Below are positions 10,262-21,510 of a stretch of DNA of 64,000 nucleotides, piece by piece (the stretch's first letter is position 1; every line of letters starts with the position of its first letter). The DNA is taken from positions 4,032,001-4,096,000 of the forward strand of contig OY759599.1 of the NCBI GenBank assembly GCA_963662465.1, read 5' to 3'. The notes beneath the pieces are model-generated. The model ran no database searches, was not told the DNA's origin, and saw only the letters and a list, made by a program, of their open reading frames with translations. Origin of the DNA: Desulfatiglandales bacterium. GTDB taxonomy: Bacteria; Desulfobacterota; DSM-4660; Desulfatiglandales; Desulfatiglandaceae. Position numbers and translations under genes: made by a program.

Positions 10262-10930
10262 AAAATCGGCATTACCGGCCAACTCCACGTATCGAATTTT
10301 TCGTGCCAGAATCTGAGCTTTTTTCGTTGTGCTTTGGACAAAAGCACGGCCTTTGCACCCATCCCCGCCGCGTTTCCAACCTGACGAAAACGGCAAATGG
10401 GATTTTAGGCAGCATGCCGATGCAGACGGCACTCGATATATTCAGATAACTTCCAAAAGCGCCCGCCACAATGATCTCATTGATGGCCTGAGGCAAGAGA
10501 CCGTTTTCTTTCAGCAGGATGTCAATGCCCGCACGGATCGCCCCCATTGCCAGTTTGAGTTCCCGTATCTCTTTTTGGGTGATAACAATGGCCTGCCCCC
10601 GCCTTCTCGTTCATGGACCAAAACCAATTGGCTCATTGTGGATTCGCGTGAGATTTGGCTTCTGAGCCGATTGTAGGTGCGACTTTAGTCGCACATTAAG
10701 CCTACCCTGTGCGACTAAAGTCGCACCTACAGCCCGAACCGAAACAATCTCAAAGCGCGATTTCACGTTAATCCGCGATGAACCAACCAATTCACGGCCG
10801 CTTTGCCCTTCACGAACCAACGGATGATCGCCCTTTATCCTGCCACTTTTGTCGATAAGCCCGTTGGAAAACAGCTGAGCAACGACATCAAATATGCCTG
10901 AACCGCATATCCCAACCGGCCTGACATCTT
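10262..10930 (-). pseudogene. Fragment of a DUF4445/ASKHA (RACo-like) corrinoid-activation protein
   Basis: 'PVGICGSGIFDVVAQL', 'AIVITQKEIRELKLAMGAIRAG', 'VAGAFGSYLN' in different frames, interrupted by a MITE, 5' part missing. Confidence 0.8.
10630..10784. mobile_element. 155-bp MITE-like insertion carrying a GTAG-type REP doublet
   Basis: 8-bp direct repeat AACCAATT at 10622-10629 and 10785-10792; terminal IR 19/25; internal perfect 24-bp IR at 10672-10731. Confidence 0.8.
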
Positions 10931-10980
10931 GAATAAAGTGGGAACGGGAACGCTGGTGAAACAAGGGCCAAAATGCAGAG

Positions 10981-11253
10981 TTATTCAAAGAGATCGCTGT
11001 GAGACCCGATATCGATCAACTGAACCTCATCTCTGTAGATTCGATAAATGAGCAATAGATCTGGTCTTAAATGGCATTCTCTGTATTGCTGCGGGTTTCC
11101 TTTCAGGAAATGGTCCTTGTATCTCTCGTCCAAAAGTATCCCATTGAGAAGTTTTGAGACGACATCAATATAAATCGCCTCATCACTGTCTTTCAGATGA
11201 AGCTTCCTGAATGATTTTTTAAACCTTTTTGTCCTGGCCAATCCAAACTTCAC
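10981..11253 (-). CDS. yafQ: YafQ-family mRNA interferase toxin
   Basis: 'YKDHFLKG...RECHLRPDLLLIY...IGSHSDLF'. Confidence 0.9.
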   Translation of the reverse strand: MKFGLARTKRFKKSFRKLHLKDSDEAIYIDVVSKLLNGILLDERYKDHFLKGNPQQYRECHLRPDLLLIYRIYRDEVQLIDIGSHSDLFE

Positions 11254-11507
11254 GACTTCATATCGCTCATCATCGCTTCAACTGTATCGTATCGCACCAG
11301 ATCATTATTCTCAGCCTCTTTCATAGCTCTTTTCAACCTTGGAGAGGGTAGGTCAAGAGGGAAAGGGAGCCCTCGTTCAAGTCGTACCCGGTTGAGGAAG
11401 ATATTGATGGCATCAGCCACAGTTAAATTATACTCCTCAAAAACCACTTTTGCCGCATCCCACGCTTCTGGGTCAACTTTGATGGATGTTTGTCTCCTTA
11501 CGCTCAT
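11250..11507 (-). CDS. RelB/DinJ-family antitoxin
   Basis: RHH-like 'TSIKVD...ADAINIFLNRV..ERGLPFPL'; 4-nt overlap with toxin. Confidence 0.85.
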   Translation of the reverse strand: MSVRRQTSIKVDPEAWDAAKVVFEEYNLTVADAINIFLNRVRLERGLPFPLDLPSPRLKRAMKEAENNDLVRYDTVEAMMSDMKS

Positions 11508-11629
11508 AATGTCACCCCTACTGTTTTTTGAGGAAAATATACTTCAAAAGAAGTTTTCGATCAAGAGAAAAGAGACTGCCCATTCTTCTCCATGCCGGAG
11601 CACGGGAAGCCGGAGCTTCCATCGTAAGG

Positions 11630-11657
11630 ACGTTCCCAAACCGGAGCTTGGGAACGA
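11630..11657. repeat. REP-like palindrome
   Basis: CGTTCCCAAACCGGAGCTTGGGAACG stem-loop, preceded by a degenerate partner GGAAGCCGGAGCTTCC. Confidence 0.5.
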
Positions 11658-11724
11658 AGGGAAAGCATTTAGCCCGCAGCCCAATTTTTTCTATGATCAA
11701 CGCCCATCTGCATGTGCATTATCT

Positions 11725-11797
11725 GGAGTGCCAAAATGAAATTTTGGCAGACGGCGCCATGGCCGCAGACGGCGTCAAAATTTCATTTTGACACTCC
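11725..11797. repeat. 73-bp imperfect palindrome (possible miniature IS derivative)
   Basis: GGAGTGCCAAAATGAAATTTTGGC ... GTCAAAATTTCATTTTGACACTCC, 22/24 arms. Confidence 0.65.
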
Positions 11798-11810
11798 CAA
11801 GCTATTCAGG

Positions 11811-12203
11811 CTAATCCTGTAAGCTCTTGATAACGCTTGACTGAGTCGCCGTCCAGTCATAAGCGCCTGACACGCCAGAGACCTGAAATGTTCCGCTTGC
11901 CGTTGTAACACCAGTATTTGTATTTGTTGTCACTGTTCCGGTATATGTGCGTTTGATTTGATCTGTAGAGTTGCTGTCATAGCCCCCATTGCAGTCGACA
12001 GTTATGCTGTCGCCATCTTGCGCAATGGTAATATCTTCAGAGGTTATATTAGGAGGAAATGCTATTGGCAATGCCATAATATGAATCCCCATCCTTCTGT
12101 ATCCACGAAAAATTCCATGCGACATTGTCGTCAGTTTCACTTCCATTCCACATTGTTGTATATACCCAGGGGTTTTGAGCGATTATGTCGTCTACGTTGA
12201 TCG
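11811..12203 (-). pseudogene. 3' remnant of a Thr/Asn/Gly-rich, probably exported protein, frameshifted
   Basis: 'NVDDIIAQNPWVYTTMWNG...YYGIANS' continues in another frame as 'PPNITSEDITIAQDG...'; 5' end lost at the IS boundary. Confidence 0.45.
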
Positions 12204-13960
12204 GATCCTGATTTGACTGGGGGGGTGGATCTGTTAGGGCTATGGGCGCATGCCACACGCAGTCCCCGAAAAAATGGATATTTTTCAATAAGGCGAACAG
12301 AACCAGGGCTTGCCCCACCTAAAGGTAAACCATGGTGTTCGAATTGGGAAACAGGCTGAAAGGGGCGATATAATCCGTTATGTGAGATGTCCCGGGCCGT
12401 AAAAAACCGGCATAGGCGGCGGTGAACGCCAAAAACATGAGAATAAAACCGATCATCAATTGAGGCGCTCAAACTGGTTAATGCAAATGAATTTGGCCTC
12501 CTTATCGGACGCGGTCGCATCCCCGACAAAAAGACCTTGAGAGAGAAATATAGCAGTATGGCCGAACACCACCTCAGTGGAAGCCTGATTGATTCCTTTG
12601 CACGATGCCTTCTCGAACAGGAAAGGATTGATCGTGAGGTCTTTTTCATTGACGGCCATTTTCTCCCTTATTACGGTCTCAACGTTATTGCAAAGGGCTA
12701 TTTTACCGTGCGGCGGATGGCGATGAAAGGGAATGAACTGTATGCTGTAACAGACCTTCAGGAAAGGCCTCTTTTTTTTATCACTGAGTCAAATGAGATT
12801 GACTTCAGGCCGATTATCGCTCGTAGCGCAGAAATGCTGGTAGATTTTGGCATTGACCGCCCAATTCTTGTGTTTGATCGAGGTGGATACGGCATCCATT
12901 TTTTCAAAGAGCTGAATCAAACCGCCGACTTTATCTCATGGGCCAAGTATATCAGCGAAAAATCACTGAAAAACATCCCCGACGATTCCTTTTCTGTCGG
13001 AGTATTCTGTAGTGATAACCGTTTTATGGTGGCCGAAGAAAAACGAACGGTCTCCGAATCCATACAAACAGCCTTGAATGATGGTCGCAAAACCCCAAGT
13101 TCGCTCGAACTGCGACTGGTTGTCCTTAAGGATGCCGACACTGGCAAACGTCTCGGGGTTTTGACCAACAACACCACCAAACCTGCCCATGACATCGCAT
13201 ATTATATGCTCCAACGGTGGGGGAAGTCTGAGAATGTTTACAAAGATCTCATGGCGACCTTCAACCTCAACTATCACCCTGGCTACGATATCGAGGAACT
13301 GAAACAACAACCGCTCATAGACAATCCAGAGATCGCTATAATCCAAAAAGCTCTGAAAGTTCTCAAAAAAGAAGCCAAATCCATACAAGACCAGATACTC
13401 ATCATTGAAGCAAAGCTTGTGAAACGCAAAGACAAAAGGAACGAGGCAAAACTTTCGGCTTTAGAGATCTCGTTGGCTGAAAAACAGAACGACATTACCG
13501 AATTTCAACAAAAAATCGCAACCCTTCCCGGAAAGGTCTCAATCATCGAGATTCTTAAAGGACAACCCATGTCTCGTTGCGATCTCGAGAAAAAGAAGCT
13601 GTATGATTTAATGCAGTTCATGGTATACCACTCTAGAGAAAGGCTCATTGAACTTTTCCAGGATTGCTATGACGATCACCGGGACATCAAAAAAGTTCTT
13701 CAAATGATAACCCGACGTCCGGGGCTTGTGAAATTGGTCGGACAAACCCTGATCGTCATGCTCGACTGGATAGAAAACAGGAAACACCGCCAGGCCGCCG
13801 AAAAATTTTGCCGTAAGCTCAACCAACTGAATATCAGAATGGTCGGGCCTTTGAACCTCAGGCTGTCGTTCCATGTCGTGCGTTTCCCCTAGCTCGGTAC
13901 CCAATCACGGGGTGCAACTTTCTTCTTGAGAAAAAACCGGATTCTTCCCGAACTCTGATC
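12204..13960 (+). mobile_element. IS remnant with 5'-truncated DDE-type transposase (frame ~12450-13892)
   Basis: 'SIEALK..EFGLLIG..RIPDKKTLR', 'FFIDGH', 'LVFDRGGY', 'QRWGKSENVYK'; in-frame stop just upstream; flanks are halves of unrelated genes; ends uncertain. Confidence 0.7.
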
Positions 13961-14093
13961 CTCCCAGTTCAGCGTTCAAATAGGGAAGCACCTCGCTGAT
14001 GTCCTGGAGCAGATGGGCGATGCAGTCTACCGTTTGAAATCCGGGATTGCATTTGGGGCGTGAAATCTCTGTTGTGTATCCTTTTAATAACAT
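13958..14093 (-). pseudogene. 5' fragment of a small putative Fe-S cluster-binding protein cut by the IS
   Basis: 'MLLKGY...RPKCNPGFQTVDCIAHL.QDISEVLPYLNAELGG' ends at the IS end. Confidence 0.6.
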
Positions 14094-14276
14094 AGGCCTG
14101 ACCAAAGTTAATTGAAATTAGGGTTAAGAAGTCTTTCGAGCCACTATAACAAAATTGCTTTTGCGAAAACAATGAAATATGATCCGTTGACACCGATGGA
14201 TCCACGGACGTCTTCATATTTAAAACGATTCAATAATGGGCATATCACCCATTTCATTGTGTAAGGAGCAACCCCC

Positions 14277-15377
14277 ATGGTGTCACATCATTTTAGAGAT
14301 GAACGGCTGTCAACCACTATTTTCGGCATCCTGTTACTGTGCTTCGTTTCCGGCTGCGCAATGGTGGGGCCTGCATCCGTCAGTTCGGGACGCGGGGATT
14401 ATAACGAAGCCATCAGCAGGACTGAAAACGAGCAGATGCTCATGGCCGTTGTCAAGGGTTGCTATGGAGAAACCTTTTCGCTTTTAGCAGTCACCGGTGT
14501 TGCGGCCAATGTGCGTTTCGCTGCCAATGGCGGTTTTCAGTCAGGCATCGGCCCTTCTCAGAACTATATTGGAAACCTCATCCCTTTAAACGCCGGTGTG
14601 GCCTATGAAGAGAATCCCACCATTACCTATCAACCGGTTCAGGGGGAGCAGTACCTTCGTCAGTTGATGGCGCCCATACCTCTGGATGTTCTGGTGATGT
14701 TTGTGCGCAACAGTATCTACCCGGCAGCCTCCCTCATCATGCTCGCGGAACGGATTAACGACCTTCCCAACCCGCACTTCCTGAGTTCAGCATTAGGGGA
14801 ACCGGAGCTTCGGTTTCAGCGGTTTGCTGAACTCAACAAAGAGCTGATTCAAGCCGGTATCCTTCAGTGGGTGGAGGACCCCAGAGAAAAAATTCCCTTC
14901 GCCATTCTCATAACCAACTGGGATTCCACTCACCTGGCAAAAGTTCGCGACTACCTTGATTTGCTGGAACTTCCCATGCCCGCGGACTCCTCAGAAGATA
15001 TTGTGCTTCCGGTATATTTCGGCATCAGGGGAAAGAAAGCAGACTGCGTTTGCATTTCAACCCGATCAACTTTGAATCTGATTCAGATCTTGAGAGCCGC
15101 CACCAGAATCCCCGCTGAACACCTGGCCAAGGGGCTGGTGGCACCTTTTCCAGAACTGGGGCTTGTGGGCAAGTCCATTCGAATTCATACGTCACGGGAT
15201 GAGCCTGAAAATGCTGCCATAGCGGTAGAATATCGGGATTACTGGTTCTACATCGATGAAAGCGATACAAAAACCAAATGGTTTTACAATATCATGCGTA
15301 CCTTGTGGTCCGCTACCATCTCCGGCAGCGCCGATCAAAAAGCGGCACCCATATTGACCATCCCCCTCAGTCGTTAG
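14277..15377 (+). CDS. Hypothetical lipoprotein
   Basis: Lipobox 'VSGC'; 366-aa ORF with 'EENPTITYQP' and 'YRDYWFYIDESD'. Confidence 0.75.
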   Translation: MVSHHFRDERLSTTIFGILLLCFVSGCAMVGPASVSSGRGDYNEAISRTENEQMLMAVVKGCYGETFSLLAVTGVAANVRFAANGGFQSGIGPSQNYIGNLIPLNAGVAYEENPTITYQPVQGEQYLRQLMAPIPLDVLVMFVRNSIYPAASLIMLAERINDLPNPHFLSSALGEPELRFQRFAELNKELIQAGILQWVEDPREKIPFAILITNWDSTHLAKVRDYLDLLELPMPADSSEDIVLPVYFGIRGKKADCVCISTRSTLNLIQILRAATRIPAEHLAKGLVAPFPELGLVGKSIRIHTSRDEPENAAIAVEYRDYWFYIDESDTKTKWFYNIMRTLWSATISGSADQKAAPILTIPLSR

Positions 15378-15443
15378 TGAGGTGGGAACGACCCTTAATA
15401 ATTCATTTTTTCGCGTCCCATGTGACACACAACCGAGGAAAAT

Positions 15444-16496
15444 ATGCACCATCATAAATCGTTACATAAGCGGTATGAGTGGCTGGATCAGTTCAGAGGC
15501 TTTGTGGTGTTATTCTTGATTCTTTCGACCATCACATGGGAGCTTTCCGGTGACTGGTCCGGCAAAAATCCCATATTGGGTCCAACATTTTTAAACCATG
15601 GCTTTTGCTATTATGATGGATATCCGGCAATTATAACCATCATTGATATAGGACAGCAAATCTTCATGTTTGTACTGGGCTTCGTTGCCTATCTTGCCTT
15701 TAAGAGCCGGTTGGAAAAGCTCAGTCCCGGCGCTGCCTGGAAACACGCACTTATCAGGGTCGGGGTACTCTATGGTCTGGCTTTTCTTGACGATGGTGTT
15801 CTTCATTTCTTCATGGAAGGGTCTTTTGGAACGAAAGATGTTATTTATAATGGTACGTTTGCTAATTTGGCGATTGGTTCGCTTGCAGCATATATCGGCG
15901 TCTATCTGATTAAAGATGCGGATAAAAGAGTGTTTTTGTCCATTGCCGTCATGATATGCCACGCCATATTCTATGCGCTCCCATACTTCAAGCATTATCA
16001 CACGCAAACAGGAATACTCTTTCCATTTAACGCCATTAATCATGCTGCAGTTGCCATTATGGGAACATGCTTTGGTCAATGGTATCGAATGAATGTGGAA
16101 AATCCATCGGCGGTTTTCAGACAAAAGATCCTTCCCATATCTACGCTCTGTTTTATCGCATGTTATCTGCTTGATTGGGTTCAAACCGCCGAACATCATG
16201 ATGTAACAACGTCTTTGGCTTTAATGGCGATCGGCAGGGCGGGTTTTGTGATGGCGCTCTTCTATGGCTTTGAACAACTTGAATTTAAAATTCCTGTACT
16301 AAGTGAATTTGGCAAAAACATGCTCTTAATGTTTATTTTAACGCCGGTTTTACAAATATATATTGGGTTATTTTCAAAAAAATTTCTTGCGGCCAACCCT
16401 GCACCGGCTTTACTGTTTGTGGGAATCCTTCCCGTTATCGTACTGGCGGGGTTAGCGGTAATTCTGGACAGAAAAAAAATCATTATCAAAATTTAG
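15444..16496 (+). CDS. Polytopic membrane protein, HGSNAT/DUF1624-like acyltransferase
   Basis: 'RYEWLDQFRG' N-terminal motif; about 10 hydrophobic segments. Confidence 0.6.
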   Translation: MHHHKSLHKRYEWLDQFRGFVVLFLILSTITWELSGDWSGKNPILGPTFLNHGFCYYDGYPAIITIIDIGQQIFMFVLGFVAYLAFKSRLEKLSPGAAWKHALIRVGVLYGLAFLDDGVLHFFMEGSFGTKDVIYNGTFANLAIGSLAAYIGVYLIKDADKRVFLSIAVMICHAIFYALPYFKHYHTQTGILFPFNAINHAAVAIMGTCFGQWYRMNVENPSAVFRQKILPISTLCFIACYLLDWVQTAEHHDVTTSLALMAIGRAGFVMALFYGFEQLEFKIPVLSEFGKNMLLMFILTPVLQIYIGLFSKKFLAANPAPALLFVGILPVIVLAGLAVILDRKKIIIKI

Positions 16497-16539
16497 GGGA
16501 TAAAAAATGGAAAGCAACTATTTTAAGGAATTCATTACA

Positions 16540-17727
16540 ATGAAAAGATTTTTTTGTGTTTCATTCATTTTCGCAGCATTTTTCTGTCCTTTGTTTCTCT
16601 CTTGCAGTGACGATAGCAGCGACAATCACATCAACCCCATTTACGATTTAAGACCGCTCACCCGGGTTTCCCAAGAGTTTGATTCAACTATTGAGCGTCC
16701 AAATTTGCTGATGAACCACAAGAAACGCCTGGGGCATCGGTTGGTTCCATCAGAAGAAGAAATGATGCCGGGAATCCATGACGCCTCGTTCCAGGGATCC
16801 GCCGCCATCGAAAAAACCTATACCTTTACATACGGCAACAACGCTCACCTGTACTGGACAAAAGCCATCGGCAAAGACACACAGGGAACCACTGTGGCCA
16901 CCGCCACACAGGCCCTTGATGATGCAGGGTTTCCCACGCGCGTTTTATGGTATGACGGCGAGGGGAATTTCATGTATGCCTATGATTACACCTATGACGC
17001 GACCCTATATTTGATAACTTCCGTTATCCGTTACCGGGACGACCCTACAGACAATCCGGACGCCGAAAAAGATTATGAATTCGAGAACGTATGGAACGAA
17101 GACGGCATTCTCACCACCCAGAGCTACGTCGAATACGATTCAAACGGCGTCAAAGCGTATGCGTGTAAATGGCGATCCACAACTATCATGAACTCCCTGA
17201 GAGGTTCGGGCGGCATGGGCTATGATGAATATTATCGAGAATACGAGGCGGAACTGTTGACATATCAGGAAGAAACCACGTTCGATCAGGATGGATACCC
17301 CGAAATCCTGCGTATCGACAATCATGGCGACGGAACCTTTGAAGAAACCTACAACACCGAGATTGCAAAAACCGCTCAAGGTTATCTTGAATCGCTTATC
17401 TGGCTGGAAGCGGATACAGGCAATAAAGAGTGGAAGGAAACATTTGCCTATGACGATAAAGGCCTCCTCAAGACATCCAAGGATTACGATTGGGTTGACA
17501 ATGAATTCTTCCTGAATAGCATCATTACGAATGTGTGGCATCAAAACCCTGTCAACGGTCCCACAGGGGGAATCAGCGTTTACTTTGAATCGGATGAGGC
17601 GGGGAACCCCGTGGGGGAATATGAAACAGTGGACTGGACCGAAAGATTAAAGACTCGCCATTATTTTAGAGCCCTGGAAGAAGAAGAGCTTAGGATATCG
17701 GAATCGCTGGAAAAGATAAGACTTTAA
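16540..17727 (+). CDS. Acidic Tyr/Asp-rich lipoprotein (YD-like beta repeats)
   Basis: Lipobox 'FLSC'; repeated 'YD..G' units. Confidence 0.7.
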   Translation: MKRFFCVSFIFAAFFCPLFLSCSDDSSDNHINPIYDLRPLTRVSQEFDSTIERPNLLMNHKKRLGHRLVPSEEEMMPGIHDASFQGSAAIEKTYTFTYGNNAHLYWTKAIGKDTQGTTVATATQALDDAGFPTRVLWYDGEGNFMYAYDYTYDATLYLITSVIRYRDDPTDNPDAEKDYEFENVWNEDGILTTQSYVEYDSNGVKAYACKWRSTTIMNSLRGSGGMGYDEYYREYEAELLTYQEETTFDQDGYPEILRIDNHGDGTFEETYNTEIAKTAQGYLESLIWLEADTGNKEWKETFAYDDKGLLKTSKDYDWVDNEFFLNSIITNVWHQNPVNGPTGGISVYFESDEAGNPVGEYETVDWTERLKTRHYFRALEEEELRISESLEKIRL

Positions 17728-18765
17728 TCATTTTCTCGAACGGCCTTGATGAGAATTTTATGGGCTTGGCTTAAAAGACTTCCCACATATTCGGTGTTGG
17801 CAAGGATGACCATGCCCACATTTTTCTCCGGCAACAAAATAACGATGGAAGTAAAATTATTATAAGCACCCTCGTGGCTGACAACCCGGGTTCCATCAAC
17901 GGTTCTTGACTCCCAACCCATGCCGTATTTTTCCTCTAATGAAATCCGGGTCGGCGCCCAGGTCCTGGTCAGATTTTTGGAACTGACGACCCGGGTTCCA
18001 TCCGGGGCCACCCCCTCCCGAAGTTGGGTCATAAGGAAGTTATTCATATCATTGACATTGGATTTGATAGAACCCGAAGGCGCCAGTGGATCATCGTCCC
18101 GGTCCTCGGAATCGACGACCACCAACCGGTTTTTGATTTTTTTCTCGGAACCGGCGACCACCGCCCGTTTTTTGATTGTTTCATGAGAAACCGCCATATT
18201 GCCGTTGGCCCGGGCTTCGGAGATAAAAACCGTCGAGTCGTTCATTCCCATCGGCATAAGTACATATTGCCATAGCAAATCGGAGTAACCCACGTTCAGG
18301 GGTTTGTTGACCCCAGCGGCAACATAGACAAACAGATATCCACCCAAAGACACCGCCAAATTGCTGTAGCTGAATTTTTCCCCCGGCGATTTCGACAGTC
18401 TAAAGCCGGTAAAAAAAGGGACAATGTTCATGGGAACCGCGTTAGCACCAAAATCGTCCCAGAAATCATCCTCATCACCGGCGAGGATACCACTGGTCAT
18501 GGAGAATAGCTCGAACACCGTGACGCTTTTCAACGTCTCGTCTTTCAGTTGCCACCCGGGACACATGTCATGGATGGTCGAATTCCAGTCAATGACCCCC
18601 ACGTCAACCAGACACGCCGCCAACATGGATGTAAAACTTTTATTGACCGAACCAATATGGAACAGGGTATCGGGGTCCACAAGTTCATGGGTGGCCACAC
18701 TTTTGACGCCGTATCCCTTGGCCAGGACTATTTCGTTGCCTTCCACCAGACCGACGCCAACCCTA
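17724..18765 (-). pseudogene. Serine hydrolase (beta-lactamase/AmpC-like), apparently 5'-truncated
   Basis: 'FHIGSVNK' (SxxK), 'FSYSN', 'SHEG'; lacks N-terminal signal and first helix. Confidence 0.7.
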
Positions 18766-18889
18766 TAATGAGAATTGCTGCAGAATTTGGTACACTAATG
18801 ACATTCGTAAACAATTGTGGTAGTTGTTTAGCTGTCACTTCAACCACATATCGTTTACAAACGCGTCAAATGCACAAGGAGATTTATAC

Positions 18890-19999
18890 ATGGGACATCC
18901 CTTGAGCAGGATATCCATTTCAGGGTACAAATCCATTCAAAACCTTACGGACTTATATCTTGGTCCTCTTAATATCATTATCGGCGCAAACGGCGCCGGA
19001 AAAAGTAATTTTGTAAGCTTTTTCAGGATGCTTCGTGCTATGTCCGAGGAAAGACTTGGAAATTTCGTAATTGAAAACGGCGGAGGTGACAGCTTTTTTT
19101 TTGGCGGTCCGAAAATGACGCCGGCAATTGAAAGTCACCTGGCATTCGGGCAAAACGAATACAAGTTCATCCTGGCACCCACCGCTTCAGGCAAGATAAT
19201 GGTTAAGGAAGAAAGCACCCTCTATGCAGGAGGCGGCGGTTGGCAGTTCCATGGCGGCGGCGCCCACGAATCGCAACTCAAACAATGGAAGAACAAAACT
19301 TCAAGATGGGGACCATATGCTGCCGCGGAATCTTATGTAGTTGAATCTGTTTCGAGCTGGCTTGTTTATCATTTCCACGATACGAGCATGACAGCACCCA
19401 TGCGTCGTTATCATTCTATTCGGGACTGGCGAGAACTAAATCCTGATGCCTCAAACATCGGCGCCTTCTTATTGCGGCTTCAAAAGAAATACCCCGATGC
19501 TTATAAACAAATCAGAGAAACCATCCAACTTATCGCACCATTTTTCGACGATTTTCTCTTGGAACCGGAAGAACAAGGCAACAACGAAGTTGTCCGACTC
19601 GAATGGCGTCAAAAAGGATCCAGATACCCATTTCAGCCCTGGCAATTTTCCGATGGCACCATCCGGTTTATCTGTTTGGCAACAGCCATGCTTCAACCTG
19701 ATCCACCATCAACCATCATTGTGGATGAGCCCGAACTCGGCCTCCATCCCTTTGCCCTTGACGTTCTGGCCGGTTTATTTCGTGAAACCGCTGATCGAAC
19801 CCAGCTGATTGTGTCCACCCAATCCGCAACATTATTAAACCATTTTAAACCAACGGAGACCATTGTCATCGACCGGGAACAAGGAGCTTCCCGCTTCAGA
19901 CGCCTCACCGGGGAATCCCTGATCGAATGGATGAAGGACTTTTCTTTGGGTGAACTCTGGCAAAAAAACGTATTTGATGGAGGCCCTTCCCATGAGTAG
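18890..19999 (+). CDS. ABC/AAA_21-type ATPase (COG4637-like)
   Basis: 'GANGAGKSN', 'FSDGT', 'VDEPELGLHP', 'STQS'; AAGGAG RBS. Confidence 0.9.
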   Translation: MGHPLSRISISGYKSIQNLTDLYLGPLNIIIGANGAGKSNFVSFFRMLRAMSEERLGNFVIENGGGDSFFFGGPKMTPAIESHLAFGQNEYKFILAPTASGKIMVKEESTLYAGGGGWQFHGGGAHESQLKQWKNKTSRWGPYAAAESYVVESVSSWLVYHFHDTSMTAPMRRYHSIRDWRELNPDASNIGAFLLRLQKKYPDAYKQIRETIQLIAPFFDDFLLEPEEQGNNEVVRLEWRQKGSRYPFQPWQFSDGTIRFICLATAMLQPDPPSTIIVDEPELGLHPFALDVLAGLFRETADRTQLIVSTQSATLLNHFKPTETIVIDREQGASRFRRLTGESLIEWMKDFSLGELWQKNVFDGGPSHE

Positions 20000-20325
20000 A
20001 GTACTAAACTCGAAAATCTTGTGTAAAGAGGAGAATAGAGCGAACGACGACACCAAGGGTTTTGGATATGCCGCGCGACCTCTGTTTCGCGTTTGGTTTC
20101 TGAATTTTCGTGCGGCACGGTATTGAGGCCATCCGTGTATTCGCGGGGGGCAGCCCACCAGGCGTGCGGGCACCGGCCGGAAAGCGGTTTATGGCCGAGC
20201 AGCGCAGAGAGCACCATCCAGTGAAAGATTGCCGCATCTGGCCGGGCCAGTGTGGCGGGGAGGACGAAATAGTTCAGTTCCGCTGTCGTCGATGCGGTGC
20301 AGTCCGCCACCAGCGGTAAAACCAT

Positions 20326-20538
20326 ATTACCGTAGGGGCCACCAAAGGAAAACAGCTGTTTGACGGCGCCCGGTTATCCATGAAGGACACACTGGACATG
20401 GCCCTCTGGCGCACCCTCGCCTATCGCAGCATTGATCTTGAGGGCGACATCAACCACTATCCGGAACACTTGCAAGGGGCCTATCAATCGGGGAAAGAAC
20501 TGGCCGAAAGCCTTATGGTCGGTACCGTTCAAATTTAG
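20326..20538 (+). pseudogene. 3' remnant of a second copy of the flavodoxin-like gene
   Basis: Aligns with 9308-9514 apart from a 9-bp deletion and SNPs. Confidence 0.88.
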
Positions 20539-20727
20539 GTAATTCGGGTTATCGCATATACATACAGGACACGATATCCTGCAAGATTAAGTGTGGGTCT
20601 ATCCGTTGAGGAAAAACCAGCCAAATTGACGCAGCTCCCCCCAGACGGGTTAAGGTTAAGTCTTTTACCCCAGAACCCATTCGAATATAAGACATGCAAT
20701 GGAACAGAAAGGGAAGTAACAATCCGC

Positions 20728-21147
20728 CTATTTTTTCCCTGCTGGGATGTTGTCTAACACCAAGATATCCTGCGTTCCTATAAATGCCATTCCATCACAA
20801 TCGTACCCAATTAATGTCAATGTATTATAGTCGCCTATTTTTAGTCCCTCCAATGTTTTTATTTCATCTGACACGAACTTGGCAACAAAGTTACCTCGGT
20901 CATCAGCTTTCCACCAATCGATTGCAACACCGTTGAGTAATACCGACGATCCAACCACTAGGTCATAGGCGATATTCGTATGAACAGTGACGACAGTGCT
21001 TTGACTCTGAATATTGAGGACATTCGGTGAAACATCAATCTCGATGTCATAGGCCTGACATTGGGCAGGCATCTGGAACACAACCAGAGCAAAGGCCATG
21101 AAACACAACACGGGCAGGCAAAGGGTTTTCGCTTTTTTGAGCATCAT
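20728..21147 (-). CDS. Exported hypothetical protein
   Basis: Signal peptide ending 'CQA'; AAGGAG RBS; beta-rich mature part. Confidence 0.7.
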   Translation of the reverse strand: MMLKKAKTLCLPVLCFMAFALVVFQMPAQCQAYDIEIDVSPNVLNIQSQSTVVTVHTNIAYDLVVGSSVLLNGVAIDWWKADDRGNFVAKFVSDEIKTLEGLKIGDYNTLTLIGYDCDGMAFIGTQDILVLDNIPAGKK

Positions 21148-21510
21148 TTTTTTCTCCTTATAAGGATTTTGAAGGTTATTGATAATCCGCTATGGAATTT
21201 GTTCCATGATGGACATTATACGCCTTATTGGGAATGCCTACAACTAAAAATCGTAGACGATGCTTTATGTTAATAAAAAGCGGTTTGTGTTGTCCCCTTT
21301 GTCCGGTCACTTATCGGTTCAACTTTTAAAAGGTTAAATGGGGTTACACGGCTGTTGGAAAATTAGACTGTGAACTGCTTCAGGATATGACAAAGTGGCT
21401 GCACAGTCGGAGTTGAAAAAATCCGATCCCACCTTTACATTTATTTTGTCTTTTAGTATCTTCCGCGAAAACAAAGATTTGAAACAGAATTCACCAAACC
21501 TCGAGGCGGC

